A stretch of DNA of 64,000 nt from an uncultured Oscillibacter sp. (GCF_947654275.1 NZ_CANTJS010000003.1:46835-110834); one strand, 5' to 3'; shown: positions 1-8,542, counted from the stretch's first letter. Made by a program: numbers and translations. The notes: generated by a model not told the origin, from the letters alone.

Positions 1-324
1 CCGTGTGGGGCAGTCGGAGACCGCCACGCAGATTCCCGACGTTCCGACGGGGGGCAGGGCATTGAGCGGCGGGTTCTCATAATCGACCCCAAGAACCACC
101 TCCAGGGTATAGCCGTTGTGGGTATAGGTCCGGGGGGCGTTCAGCAGCTCCGCCGGGGCGAAGCGGTCCGCCTCCTCCCCGTCGATGGTGACCACCGCCG
201 TCAGCTCCCCGCTCTCTCCGCCGCCCCGCCACTGGAAGAAGGCCAGCCCCAGGGCAAGCAAAAGCACCGCCAGCGCCGTGAGGCCGTCCCAGACCGTGGG
301 CCGGAGCTCAGGAGACCGTCTCAT
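1..324 (-). CDS. NusG domain II-like (DUF1312-type) membrane-anchored protein, 3' end outside the window
   Basis: Not in the ORF track. Manual translation from ATG 324: MRRSPELRPTVWDGLTALAVLLLALGLAFFQW...SGICVAVSDCPTR. N-terminal TM, an SDCP motif and overlap with the apbE end match the usual apbE-NusG-II arrangement. Confidence 0.7.
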   Translation of the reverse strand, partial: MRRSPELRPTVWDGLTALAVLLLALGLAFFQWRGGGESGELTAVVTIDGEEADRFAPAELLNAPRTYTHNGYTLEVVLGVDYENPPLNALPPVGTSGICVAVSDCPTR

Positions 325-1372
325 AGACATAGCCGCTGTCCTCGTTGGGGGTGAAGGCGAAGCGCCCGATTTGATCGGCCACTACCACCCGCCCGTCCTC
401 CGTCACCAGCACCATGCTGAACAGCGCCCCGTTTTCCTGGCTCCGCCAGAACTCCAGGGCCTTCTCCTCCCCCATGGTAAAGAGGGCGGTGGAATAGGCA
501 TCGCACATGGCGCCGTTTCCGGCCTCCGTGCCCGCCGCCACCGTGACGGAGGTGAGGCCGCTGTCCGCCGGTTTTCCTGTGGCGGGGTCGATGATGTGGT
601 GATACCGCTTCCCGTCCTGCTCAAAATAACGCTGATAGCTGCCGGAGGTAACGGCGAAGGCGTCCGCCAGCTCCAGCACGCCCACCAGGGCCTCCTTGTC
701 ATCGGGATGGGCCGGGTCCTGAATGCCCACCCGCCAGGGGGTCCCGTCGGGGCGGTCTCCCCAGGCCAGGACGTTGCCCCCCAGGTCCGCCAGAGCTCTG
801 GGCACCTCGTACTCGTTGAAGACGGTGCAGAGCCGCCCGGCGGCGTAGCCCTTGGCAATGGCCCCCAGGTCGATGGACTGCCCCGGCCCCAGGGCGGCGG
901 CCCGGTCCTCCACGGTCACGGCGGAGCCGTCCACCAGAGGGAGAAGCCGGTCCAGCTCCGATTGTGCCGGGACCTGGAAGCTGTCAGTGGTAAAGCCCCA
1001 GGCGGAGACCACCGGGGCCACGGTGATGTCAAAGGCCCCGCCGGTCTGCTCATAGTACCGCCCCGCCTGACGCAGGATGCCGGCCAGCTCCGTTTCCTCC
1101 TCGCTCAGCTCCAGAGAGCCGGCGGCGTTGAGCCGGGACACGGCGCTGTCCGGGTCCGTCCGGGAGAACAGGGCTTCCAGCTCCCGGATGGCGTCCTCGC
1201 AGGCGTAGGCGGCGGCGGGGGAGCGTTCGCCGTAGGTGGTGATGAGCATGGCGGTGTCCATGGCGATGACCTGAATGCTCTCCCGGGCCGTGTCCGGGTC
1301 CGCCGGCGTCATGGCGCAGCCGGTCAGCGCCAGAAGCAGCGCCGTCCAGAGACAAAAGATGCGACCTTTCAT
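308..1372 (-). CDS. apbE: FAD:protein FMN transferase (ApbE family) lipoprotein
   Basis: Lipobox LALTGC; motifs AMDT, DLGAIAKGYA, DLGGN, VTSGSYQRYF, HHIIDP, DAYSTA. Confidence 0.93.
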   Translation of the reverse strand: MKGRIFCLWTALLLALTGCAMTPADPDTARESIQVIAMDTAMLITTYGERSPAAAYACEDAIRELEALFSRTDPDSAVSRLNAAGSLELSEEETELAGILRQAGRYYEQTGGAFDITVAPVVSAWGFTTDSFQVPAQSELDRLLPLVDGSAVTVEDRAAALGPGQSIDLGAIAKGYAAGRLCTVFNEYEVPRALADLGGNVLAWGDRPDGTPWRVGIQDPAHPDDKEALVGVLELADAFAVTSGSYQRYFEQDGKRYHHIIDPATGKPADSGLTSVTVAAGTEAGNGAMCDAYSTALFTMGEEKALEFWRSQENGALFSMVLVTEDGRVVVADQIGRFAFTPNEDSGYVYETVS

Positions 1373-1620
1373 AGCAAAAATCCTTTTCCGCTCTGCTCCA
1401 GCGGGGCAAAGCCTCCTTTTTTGTCGTTAACCCTTAGTATATCACGGCTCACGCCGCATCTCAACGGGGAAATTGGAGCTTTCCGCGAAAAAATGCGAAG
1501 ATGCGGGATGTTGCCCTTGCAAAAGAAAAAAAAGTCTGATATACTATTAAAGCGTGTCGGCGGGGCCGTCTTTCCGCCGGTTGTTTTCCAAAGAAATTAT
1601 CACCTTGGAGGTCTTGATAA

Positions 1621-2370
1621 ATGGCAAAGAATCCGAATAACAAAAACAAAGCCAAATCCATCAAGCGGGATGATGCCCTCACCGGCGGAATGATCTTTTT
1701 TGTGGCCGGGTGTATCGCGGAGGTGTTCCTCTGGGCGGTCCGCCGGTATTATATCAACGGCTATATTGACGAGGCCCTTCTCTGGCACGAGCGGCTGAAG
1801 GTATTCGCCGGGGCGGGCGTTGCTGCGCTGCTGGCGGGCGTGGCCCTCAGCGTGCTTTGGAAGAAGGACGCCGGAAAGCGCGTATTCGGCTGGGCCCTGG
1901 GGGCTCTGGGCGCGTTTTTTGCCGCGGGCAGCATTCTGATCCGGATGTATGAGAGCTCTGCCGTGACCCTTCTCAGCGTGGTGGTTCCGGTGACCATGGT
2001 GCTCAGCATCCTCTGGGCGCTGTATGACCGGGAGTGCTCCGTGTCGATTACCATTCTCTGCGCCTCCCTGATTGTGGTCTGGGTCTGCCGGAAGCTGATT
2101 GGCAGCATAGCCCTGGGGACGCCCGTCCGCATCATTGCGGTGATTTACCTGCTGGCGGTGGCGGCTCTGGTGTGGCTGGCGAAGCAGGGGAAGCTGGGCA
2201 TGCTGCTGCCCACCAATGCCGACGTCCTTCCCATTTACGTCGCCGGAGGCCTCTCCGCCCTGACCATTCTGGTGGCGCTGTTCAGTGCGACCGCCGCCTA
2301 TTATGCCATGTGGTGCCTGGGCGTGGTGGCATTCGCCCTGGCGGTGTATTACACGGTGAAGCTGCTGTAA
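1621..2370 (+). CDS. hypothetical polytopic membrane protein
   Basis: 249 aa with about 7 hydrophobic segments, GGAGG RBS, and an upstream TTGCAA-N17-TATACT promoter. Confidence 0.75.
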   Translation: MAKNPNNKNKAKSIKRDDALTGGMIFFVAGCIAEVFLWAVRRYYINGYIDEALLWHERLKVFAGAGVAALLAGVALSVLWKKDAGKRVFGWALGALGAFFAAGSILIRMYESSAVTLLSVVVPVTMVLSILWALYDRECSVSITILCASLIVVWVCRKLIGSIALGTPVRIIAVIYLLAVAALVWLAKQGKLGMLLPTNADVLPIYVAGGLSALTILVALFSATAAYYAMWCLGVVAFALAVYYTVKLL

Positions 2371-2384
2371 GGCCGAAAGCAATC

Positions 2385-2432
2385 AAAAAAACCCCCGCTG
2401 TCCTTCGGGACGGCGGGGGTTCCCTGTTTTTT
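2385..2432. terminator. bidirectional intrinsic terminator
   Basis: AAAAAAACCCCCGCTGTCC-TTCG-GGACGGCGGGGGTT...TTTTTT between convergent genes. Confidence 0.85.
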
Positions 2433-2435
2433 GCT

Positions 2436-2984
2436 TCAGCTGTGCCGGACGAGCCAAGAGCCCCCGCCCCCTGTGAGCTCCATCAGACGGGCGGCGGAGA
2501 AATGCCGGGGGTTCAGATAGGGAACCCCCTCGTCAATCAGGGAAAAGAGGTGGAAGTCAAAGGGGAGGGTCTCGTCGTCCAGAAAACCGTCGTCAATCCA
2601 GAGGAGCCTGGAAAAGGGCTCCGGCAGGGTCTCCGGGCAGGCGCATTGCAGCAGCTCCTGTTCAAAAGAAGCCAGAGGGATATAGACCATGCCGTAATCC
2701 GCCGTGTGCTCCCGGAAGGTCTGGAGACGCGCCTCCAGCACAAAGGCCCATTCATACCCGGAGGAGACGCAGGCCGTGAGGTTGGCGGGCGTCGTCTCTA
2801 CCGCCTCCGTCAGGTCGTCCACAGCGGGGTCACAGTAGACGGCCAGCCAGTGGAAGTCCCGATTGCTGCCCCCCTCGCCGGACACATAGTAATGGCCCAC
2901 AAAGGCCTCCAGCCACCCGCTCAGGGAGATATCCGGCTTTTTTCGCTGTTTGGCGTGGCCGATGTAAGCGCTCAGCTCCAGCAT
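2436..2984 (-). CDS. hypothetical protein
   Basis: 182 aa ORF with a GGAGG RBS, starting 12 bp after the DUF4127 gene stop. Confidence 0.7.
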   Translation of the reverse strand: MLELSAYIGHAKQRKKPDISLSGWLEAFVGHYYVSGEGGSNRDFHWLAVYCDPAVDDLTEAVETTPANLTACVSSGYEWAFVLEARLQTFREHTADYGMVYIPLASFEQELLQCACPETLPEPFSRLLWIDDGFLDDETLPFDFHLFSLIDEGVPYLNPRHFSAARLMELTGGGGSWLVRHS

Positions 2985-2996
2985 CTCATCCCTCCG

Positions 2997-4847
2997 TCAC
3001 TGCACGTACAGCCCCATCACCTTTTTATGGGGCTCGGTGAAGGCCCCCAGCTGAATATCCATGCCGATCTCAAAGGCCCGGTCCCAGGGGAAGCGGTAGT
3101 CCTCCAGAGCCGTGCCGCCCCAGCCCCGTTCCTCATAGGGCTCCAGAGAGACGGCGAAGTTGCTCCGCTCCAGATTCCGGAGGACGTCCCCGGCGGCGGC
3201 GTCCATGCCGGTCTCCAGCCGGGTCTGAATGGCGGCCCGGTCGATATCGGGAACCCAGAAGTTGTTGGGGTCCCCTGCCAGATCGTTCCGGATGTAGGTC
3301 AGCAGATCGTTCCGGACGATGTTCTTGTAGCAGAAATCCTTGACCACGCTGTCCGCCAGAGTCCGGGCCCAGGCCCGGTCCATGGAGTCCGTCACGGCCC
3401 CGCGATTCAGGGCGGCATACCGGGCCGCGCCGTGGCTCAGGGCGGTGCCGGTGACAATGGCCATGTCCAAAAATCCCGCGTAGCTGAGGAGCCAGCCCAA
3501 TTCGCATTCCTTCGTCAGGGCCTGGTGGAAGGCAGTACCGTAAGTCCCGTTGCTGGCGTCGATGAGGACGGTGGGCCGCTGGTTCGCCCGGTTGTCCTGA
3601 AGGGCCTGAATCAGCTCGGTGTAGTAGGCCTTCTTCTGCCCCTCTTCAACGGGCTGGGTCAGCACCAGAATCTGCAAACCGGCGGACAGATGGTTAGAGG
3701 ACTGGTCCGTCAGGCGGAAGAAGGCGAAGTGCTCCGCCATGATTTCGGTGAGGGGCTGGAAATCGTAGTCACAGGCGGGCCGGTCCTCGGCGCCGCCGAA
3801 ATACCGCACCGCCGCCGTGCCGCTCCACGGGACACGGGAATCGGACTCATCCAGATACATCCGGGCCACCGCCTTAAAGGCCAGGTCGTCCACCCCGGAG
3901 AGGAGCCAGTCCAGGGCTTCCCCGTCTGCGCCGGTCCGGAGCCCCCTGCGCAGGTAGGCAATTTCATTTTTCTGAATGCAGTCCTCCAGAGAGGAATCGT
4001 CGATGCCGATGAGAAGCCGGAATCCCTCGTGGCCCGGCTGGCTCAAAATCCGCTGGACCTCGTCGGAAAGGCGGAGCTTCTGTTCCCGGGACTGGATGAA
4101 CTGGGAGACAAAGCGCTGGGGCTGGAAATAGTCATCTGCGCTGACCGCCTCCATCTGCCGGGCCGCCCCGTCGTAGGGGTCCGCCCCGCCGGGGCCCCGC
4201 CAGTAGGTTTCCAGAACGTTTTCGATGGTCAGATCCGTCTCCGCCAGTGTCTCCCGAGGCTGGGCCCCAAAGGCCCGCATCCAGTTGTAGTGCTCCAGAC
4301 GGGCCCCCTGATAGCCCACGGTGACATTGGCCAGCCGCATGACGGAATCCAGCAGCCAGACCACATTGTCCGGGTCCTCCGCCAGCACCGCCAGCAGGTT
4401 TTCCAGCAGCTGGGAGACGTGGACGGAGCCGCCCTCCGGCAGGGGGAGGACACAGGCCTCCGGGGATAAATCCCGGGAGCTGACCAGTCCCCCGTAAAGA
4501 AGCTGGTCCAGGGAGAGAATATAACGGTCGCAGCCCGTCGCCTCCTGGTCCAGCACCCACTGGAAGAGCTTTGCCCGGTCGCCGTACTGGGTGCCGTTCT
4601 CGTTGAGTGGCTGACCGTCCAGGGCGGTGCGGTACAGGTCCCGGTCCGGCATGGTCAGGGCATAGCCCAGGGACTCCGCCAGATATACCACCCGCTCCAC
4701 GTTATCCGGCCGGTCGTCCAGAGGCACATAGGCCACAGTTTTTCCGCTCCCGTCTCCGGAGGCGTCCGGTTCCGGTTCTGTCCGCACCGCGCCGCAGCCC
4801 GTCAGGGTCAAAAGGGCCAGCAGCAGCGAAAGAAAACGTTTTTTCAT
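2997..4847 (-). CDS. DUF4127 family lipoprotein
   Basis: Lipobox LTLTGC, then VAYVPLDDRP, LSLDQLLYGGLVSSR and LLIGIDDS, as recalled for DUF4127. ATG at 4847 after a GAGG RBS. Confidence 0.75.
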   Translation of the reverse strand: MKKRFLSLLLALLTLTGCGAVRTEPEPDASGDGSGKTVAYVPLDDRPDNVERVVYLAESLGYALTMPDRDLYRTALDGQPLNENGTQYGDRAKLFQWVLDQEATGCDRYILSLDQLLYGGLVSSRDLSPEACVLPLPEGGSVHVSQLLENLLAVLAEDPDNVVWLLDSVMRLANVTVGYQGARLEHYNWMRAFGAQPRETLAETDLTIENVLETYWRGPGGADPYDGAARQMEAVSADDYFQPQRFVSQFIQSREQKLRLSDEVQRILSQPGHEGFRLLIGIDDSSLEDCIQKNEIAYLRRGLRTGADGEALDWLLSGVDDLAFKAVARMYLDESDSRVPWSGTAAVRYFGGAEDRPACDYDFQPLTEIMAEHFAFFRLTDQSSNHLSAGLQILVLTQPVEEGQKKAYYTELIQALQDNRANQRPTVLIDASNGTYGTAFHQALTKECELGWLLSYAGFLDMAIVTGTALSHGAARYAALNRGAVTDSMDRAWARTLADSVVKDFCYKNIVRNDLLTYIRNDLAGDPNNFWVPDIDRAAIQTRLETGMDAAAGDVLRNLERSNFAVSLEPYEERGWGGTALEDYRFPWDRAFEIGMDIQLGAFTEPHKKVMGLYVQ

Positions 4848-4897
4848 CAAAACCTCTTTCTATCCTGTAAAAAATGTCCCGATTCGCTTTTGTGCTC

Positions 4898-4963
4898 CTG
4901 ATATCAGGGATACCCTTGTGCTTCCCGCTCACCGCGGGGCGGGAACACGAAAAGAAACCGGGC
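4898..4963. repeat. 66-bp structured direct repeat, copy A
   Basis: CTGATATCAGGGATACCCTTGTGCTTCCCGCTCACCGCGGGGCGGGAACACGAAAAGAAACCGGGC; 57/66 identical to 5260-5325. Confidence 0.95.
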
Positions 4964-4977
4964 TTTGTGACAAGCGG

Positions 4978-5232
4978 TTATTCCTGGGTTTCAAAGGAAA
5001 ACAGTATGGTGCCGCAGTTACGGCAGATTGAACCGGAATACCAGGGGAGCGCGGAGAGGGACTTGGGCGAAAAAGCGGACGTGGAGTTGTCTCCGATGGG
5101 ACGCAGACGGACGGTGTCTTTGGGGCGTTGGAAATTTTTAAAGTCTCTCTGTTCGGGGGTCCAAAACAGGTAGCCGCGAGGGGAATACACAGAGCCTGGC
5201 TCCATTGTGCTACCGCAATTGGGGCAGTTCAT
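4978..5232 (-). CDS. small zinc-ribbon-like protein (PF20097/DUF6487-like)
   Basis: 84 aa with N-terminal CPNCG and C-terminal CRNCG; GGAGG RBS. Confidence 0.75.
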   Translation of the reverse strand: MNCPNCGSTMEPGSVYSPRGYLFWTPEQRDFKNFQRPKDTVRLRPIGDNSTSAFSPKSLSALPWYSGSICRNCGTILFSFETQE

Positions 5233-5259
5233 GGAATAATCTCCTCCGTTTTGGCGTTT

Positions 5260-5325
5260 CTGATATCAGGGATACTCTTGTGTTTTCGGCCCCAAGGGGG
5301 GCGGGAACACGAAAAGAAACCGGGC
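5260..5325. repeat. 66-bp structured direct repeat, copy B
   Basis: CTGATATCAGGGATACTCTTGTGTTTTCGGCCCCAAGGGGGGCGGGAACACGAAAAGAAACCGGGC. Confidence 0.95.
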
Positions 5326-5338
5326 CTGAAAAACAAGA

Positions 5339-5392
5339 AATTAGGAACCAGGAATTCTGAACCAGTCAATTCCTCATTCCTAATTCCTGAAG
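5339..5392. repeat. AGGAAT(T/G) heptamer repeat cluster forming an imperfect hairpin
   Basis: AATTAGGAACCAGGAATT...AATTCCTCATTCCTAATTCCTGAAG. The last 25 nt are the exact reverse complement of 7707-7731. Confidence 0.85.
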
Positions 5393-5395
5393 GGT

Positions 5396-5764
5396 TTAAA
5401 GGCCGAAGCCGCCCAGATTCAGCCCGCCGGTCACGCTGTCCATGGCTGCATCCATGGCCTCCCCGGCCTGGCGCAGGGCCTCGTTGACTGCGGAGACCAC
5501 CAGGTCCTGAAGCATTTCCACGTCCTCCGGGTCCACGGCTTCGGGCTTGATGGAGAGGGAGACCACCTCTTTTTTGCCGTTCGCCACGGCCTCCACCGCG
5601 CCGCCGCCGACGCTGGCGGTGAAGGTGCGGGCCTCCACCTCCTCCTGAGCGGTGTTCATCGCCTCCTGCATCTGGGCGATTTTCTGCTGGACCTCCGCCT
5701 GACGCTGTGCGCCGGTGGCTTTCATGCTGCCGCTGCTGAAGCCGCGGCGTGCGCTGTAACCCAT
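5396..5764 (-). CDS. ybaB: YbaB/EbfC nucleoid-associated protein
   Basis: ASVGGGAVEAVANG and DPEDVEMLQDLVVSAVNEA; directly downstream of dnaX. Confidence 0.93.
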   Translation of the reverse strand: MGYSARRGFSSGSMKATGAQRQAEVQQKIAQMQEAMNTAQEEVEARTFTASVGGGAVEAVANGKKEVVSLSIKPEAVDPEDVEMLQDLVVSAVNEALRQAGEAMDAAMDSVTGGLNLGGFGL

Positions 5765-5794
5765 AATCGTTTCTCCTTTCTGTGCGTTTGCGTT

Positions 5795-7696
5795 TTAATC
5801 AATGTGGATATTTTCATATTGACTGCCGAACTGCAGCAGCCGTTTCCGGTTTTCCTCCGGGTCCGCGCTGGGGGGCGCGCCCTCCTGAAAAAGGATGCGC
5901 TCCGGCGCGGCGGCCAGCTTCTCCAGCTCCTCCCCCAGAATGCTCCGCACCCGGTCGTTGTCCAGCCGCCCCAGGGTTACCTCGTCCGGGGCGTAGACGG
6001 TCAGCAGGCCGTCCGAGAAAACGCCGCCGCACATGGTCAGGAAGGAGCTGTACATAGGCGGCAGGCGGTTCTTGCAGATATCCGTCAGGGTCCGCCACCA
6101 GTTTGCCTCCAGCTGGAGGGGCGGAGCGGAGGCCTTGCCGCCGGACGGCGGGGAGTCCGGGCGTTTCGGCGGCGGGGGCTCCGGCGCTGGAGAGGCCTTT
6201 GGAAGGGGCTCCTCCGGCATGTCCTGAATGCTCCGGTCCGCCTCCCGGGGAGACGGCGGAGCTTCCGGCGGCGGAGGGGCTTCCGGCATGAAGGACGCCT
6301 TGGGGAGAGGCTCCTCCGGGACGTCATAAATCTTCCGGTCCTCCTCCTCGGGAGGCGGCGGGGGCTCCTCCGGCAGGGGGGGCAGCTCCTCGTCCAGGCT
6401 GTCATGGACCCTCCGGGGGCCGTCTGCCGGGGGTTTTTTAGTTCTTTCCGTTCTTTCCGCCTTTCCCGGCCTTTCCGACAGGGGCGGGGCCTCGTCCCGG
6501 GAATGGACAGGGGGCGGCGGTTCCGCCGGGGAGGAAACGGCCAGCTGTGCCCGGGCGGCAAGGCGGTCCTCCAGCCGCTGAATGCGGGCGTCCAGGGCCG
6601 ACAGGTCCCCGGAGAGGCTTTCGTCGCACAGGCGGAGCAGGCAGAGCTCCGTGTCCGTGCGGCGGTTGGCGCTGTTGTAGAGCTCCGCCGCCGCCTGCTG
6701 GAGGGTGGAGGCGATATAAAGGAAGCGGTTTCCCGCCGCCTTCCGGCTGAGCCGGTCCAGAGCGGCGGCGTCATAGCCGCCGGACAGCAGCGCGCCGCCG
6801 CCTTCAGGGGCGGTCTTCCGCAGCAGCAGGTCCCGGGTGAGGGTGGAGAGCTCGGAGAGAACCGCTCCCATGTCCTTTCCGCCGCTGTAGAGCTGGTCCA
6901 GCAGCAGCAGGGCCGACTGGGGATCCCGGTTCAGAATGTGCTCCATCAGCCGGGCGGTCTGGAGATTCCCCGCCAGGCCCAGCACCTCCAGCACGGCGGC
7001 GCTGTCGACGACGCCCTCGCTGGCGGCGCACTGGTCCAGCAGGCTCAGGCCGTCCCGGAGGGCTCCGTCCGACAGGCGGCTGAGGAGCTCCGCGCCGTCG
7101 GCGGTCAGCTGGATATGCTCCTGTCCGGCCACATACAGCAGCCTCTGCGCGATGGCCTGAGGCGGAATGCGGCGGAAGGAATAGCGCTGGCACCGGGAGA
7201 GGACGGTGGGCAGGACCTTGTGGAGCTCCGTGGTGGCCAGAATGAACATCAGGTGCTCCGGCGGCTCCTCCAGAATTTTCAGCAGGGCGTTGAAGGCCGC
7301 GTCGGTGAGCATGTGGACCTCGTCGATGATGTAGACCCGCTTTTTCACCTGAGCAGGGGAGTAAATGGCCTTGCTCCGCAGCTCCCGGACCTGGTCCACG
7401 CCGTTGTTGGAGGCGGCGTCCAGCTCCCAGACGTCCAGGAAATCCCCCTTCTCAATGCCCAGACAGGAAGGGCATTGACAGCAGGGGTCCCCGTCGACAG
7501 GGTGCTCACAGTTCACGGCCTTGGCCAGAATTTTGGCGCAGGTGGTCTTGCCGGTGCCTCGGGTGCCGGTGAAGAGATAGGCGTGGGAGGTTCGGCCCTC
7601 GGCCACCTGACGGCGGAGATTTTCGGTGATGTGCTCCTGGCCGATGACGTCGGAAAAGGTTTTGGGCCGCCATGTTCGATAGAGTGCCTGATACAC
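5795..7696 (-). CDS. dnaX: DNA polymerase III subunit gamma/tau
   Basis: YQALYRTWRPKTFSDVIGQEH, Walker A GTRGTGKT, zinc-binding Cys cluster, IIDEVHML, SRCQ; Pro/Glu-rich linker. Confidence 0.97.
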   Translation of the reverse strand: MYQALYRTWRPKTFSDVIGQEHITENLRRQVAEGRTSHAYLFTGTRGTGKTTCAKILAKAVNCEHPVDGDPCCQCPSCLGIEKGDFLDVWELDAASNNGVDQVRELRSKAIYSPAQVKKRVYIIDEVHMLTDAAFNALLKILEEPPEHLMFILATTELHKVLPTVLSRCQRYSFRRIPPQAIAQRLLYVAGQEHIQLTADGAELLSRLSDGALRDGLSLLDQCAASEGVVDSAAVLEVLGLAGNLQTARLMEHILNRDPQSALLLLDQLYSGGKDMGAVLSELSTLTRDLLLRKTAPEGGGALLSGGYDAAALDRLSRKAAGNRFLYIASTLQQAAAELYNSANRRTDTELCLLRLCDESLSGDLSALDARIQRLEDRLAARAQLAVSSPAEPPPPVHSRDEAPPLSERPGKAERTERTKKPPADGPRRVHDSLDEELPPLPEEPPPPPEEEDRKIYDVPEEPLPKASFMPEAPPPPEAPPSPREADRSIQDMPEEPLPKASPAPEPPPPKRPDSPPSGGKASAPPLQLEANWWRTLTDICKNRLPPMYSSFLTMCGGVFSDGLLTVYAPDEVTLGRLDNDRVRSILGEELEKLAAAPERILFQEGAPPSADPEENRKRLLQFGSQYENIHID

Positions 7697-7706
7697 CGGA
7701 TCACCT

Positions 7707-7836
7707 CTTCAGGAATTAGGAATGAGGAATTTTTTGCGCCGCGCCGGAGCCAGGCGGTCCCGGAAGCCGGACCGCGCGGACACGGCCTCAATTAGGAATG
7801 AGGAATTAGGAGTTAGGAGTTAGGAATTAAGAATGG
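7707..7836. repeat. two AGGAAT(T/G)/AGGAGTT heptamer tracts upstream of dnaX
   Basis: CTTCAGGAATTAGGAATGAGGAATT (7707-7731) and AATTAGGAATGAGGAATTAGGAGTTAGGAGTTAGGAATTAAGAATGG (about 7790-7836). Confidence 0.9.
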
Positions 7837-7867
7837 AATCTCACTGAGAAATGTCCCCTGCCCGCGT

Positions 7868-7996
7868 GGGACAGGCTGAAACACAGGTCGATTGCGATGC
7901 GCGACACTAAAAAAGCGCGGCACAAGATGAGGTCAGACTTTCGCAAAGGCCGGCTTTCGTGCGCGCGGGACAGGCTGAAACACAGGTCGATTGCGA
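7868..7996. repeat. 30-bp perfect direct repeat, two copies with a 99-bp period
   Basis: GGGACAGGCTGAAACACAGGTCGATTGCGA at 7868-7897 and 7967-7996. Confidence 0.93.
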
Positions 7997-8013
7997 GGCG
8001 CGGCACAAAAAAA

Positions 8014-8150
8014 TCCTCCGTACGCAGCTGCGGAGCCGGCGCCCTCACGGCACATGAAACATCCCGCTTAATGCTGCTCGGTTCCCCGCCTGACATGGTT
8101 CGCGGGCATCCATTGCGCGAGACCGGCTCCGCAGCTGCCTGCGGAGGACT
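8014..8150 (-). ncRNA. ffs: signal recognition particle RNA (small bacterial type)
   Basis: The minus strand carries the SRP core AACCATGTCAGG-CGG-GGAA-CCG-AGCAGCAT and a long terminal stem, followed by T7. Promoter TTGCCA-N17-TAAAAT; canonical position upstream of dnaX. Confidence 0.92.
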
Positions 8151-8232
8151 GCTTTTGTTATTTTACTATATTCTTTCCCAAATGGCAACAGGAAATTTCA
8201 CTCCGGGATAAACTCTTTTGCAATTCTTCCCT

Positions 8233-8448
8233 TCATGCCTTCCGAGACCCATCCGGCAGATAGACCAATACCTCATCTACCCTGCAATCCAGAATCCGGC
8301 AGATATCATCCAATGTGGCGGTGGAGATGTTCCGCTCGTGCTTCAATGCGTCCAACGTCCCCTTGCTGAAATGATAGTCCTTAATCAGCGTGTAGGTGGT
8401 CACATTCTTCTTTCGCATGGTCTCCCAAAGGGGACGGTATGAAATCAC
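8233..8448 (-). CDS. XRE/Cro-type HTH protein (HTH_26-like)
   Basis: GTG start after AGGAGG; ISYRPLWETM...SKGTLDALKHERNISTATLDDICRILDC. Confidence 0.85.
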   Translation of the reverse strand: MISYRPLWETMRKKNVTTYTLIKDYHFSKGTLDALKHERNISTATLDDICRILDCRVDEVLVYLPDGSRKA

Positions 8449-8494
8449 AAGAAGCACCTCCTTGTGATTTCTATTATATTTTCCCTGATTTATA

Positions 8495-8523
8495 TTGAAT
8501 ATACCCGAGATATCGGGTATAAT
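8495..8523 (+). promoter_or_regulatory. sigma-A promoter with a palindromic operator filling the spacer
   Basis: TTGAAT-N17-TATAAT; ATACCCGA-GATA-TCGGGTAT at 8501-8520. Confidence 0.75.
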
Positions 8524-8542
8524 GCGGGAGGGGGTGAAAAAT

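Noticed and set aside
4898-5325. 66-bp repeats as a CRISPR array (GTGTTCCC resembles type I-E repeats)
   Set aside because: Only two copies, too long, the spacer is a whole gene, and there are no cas genes.
6430-6445. dnaX -1 frameshift site at ACT AAA AAA CCC
   Set aside because: It does not fit the X XXY YYZ pattern in frame, and the A run is too short for transcriptional slippage.
7868-7996. 30-bp repeats as a mini-CRISPR
   Set aside because: Two copies, a 69-bp spacer that itself contains repeat-related sequence, and no cas genes.
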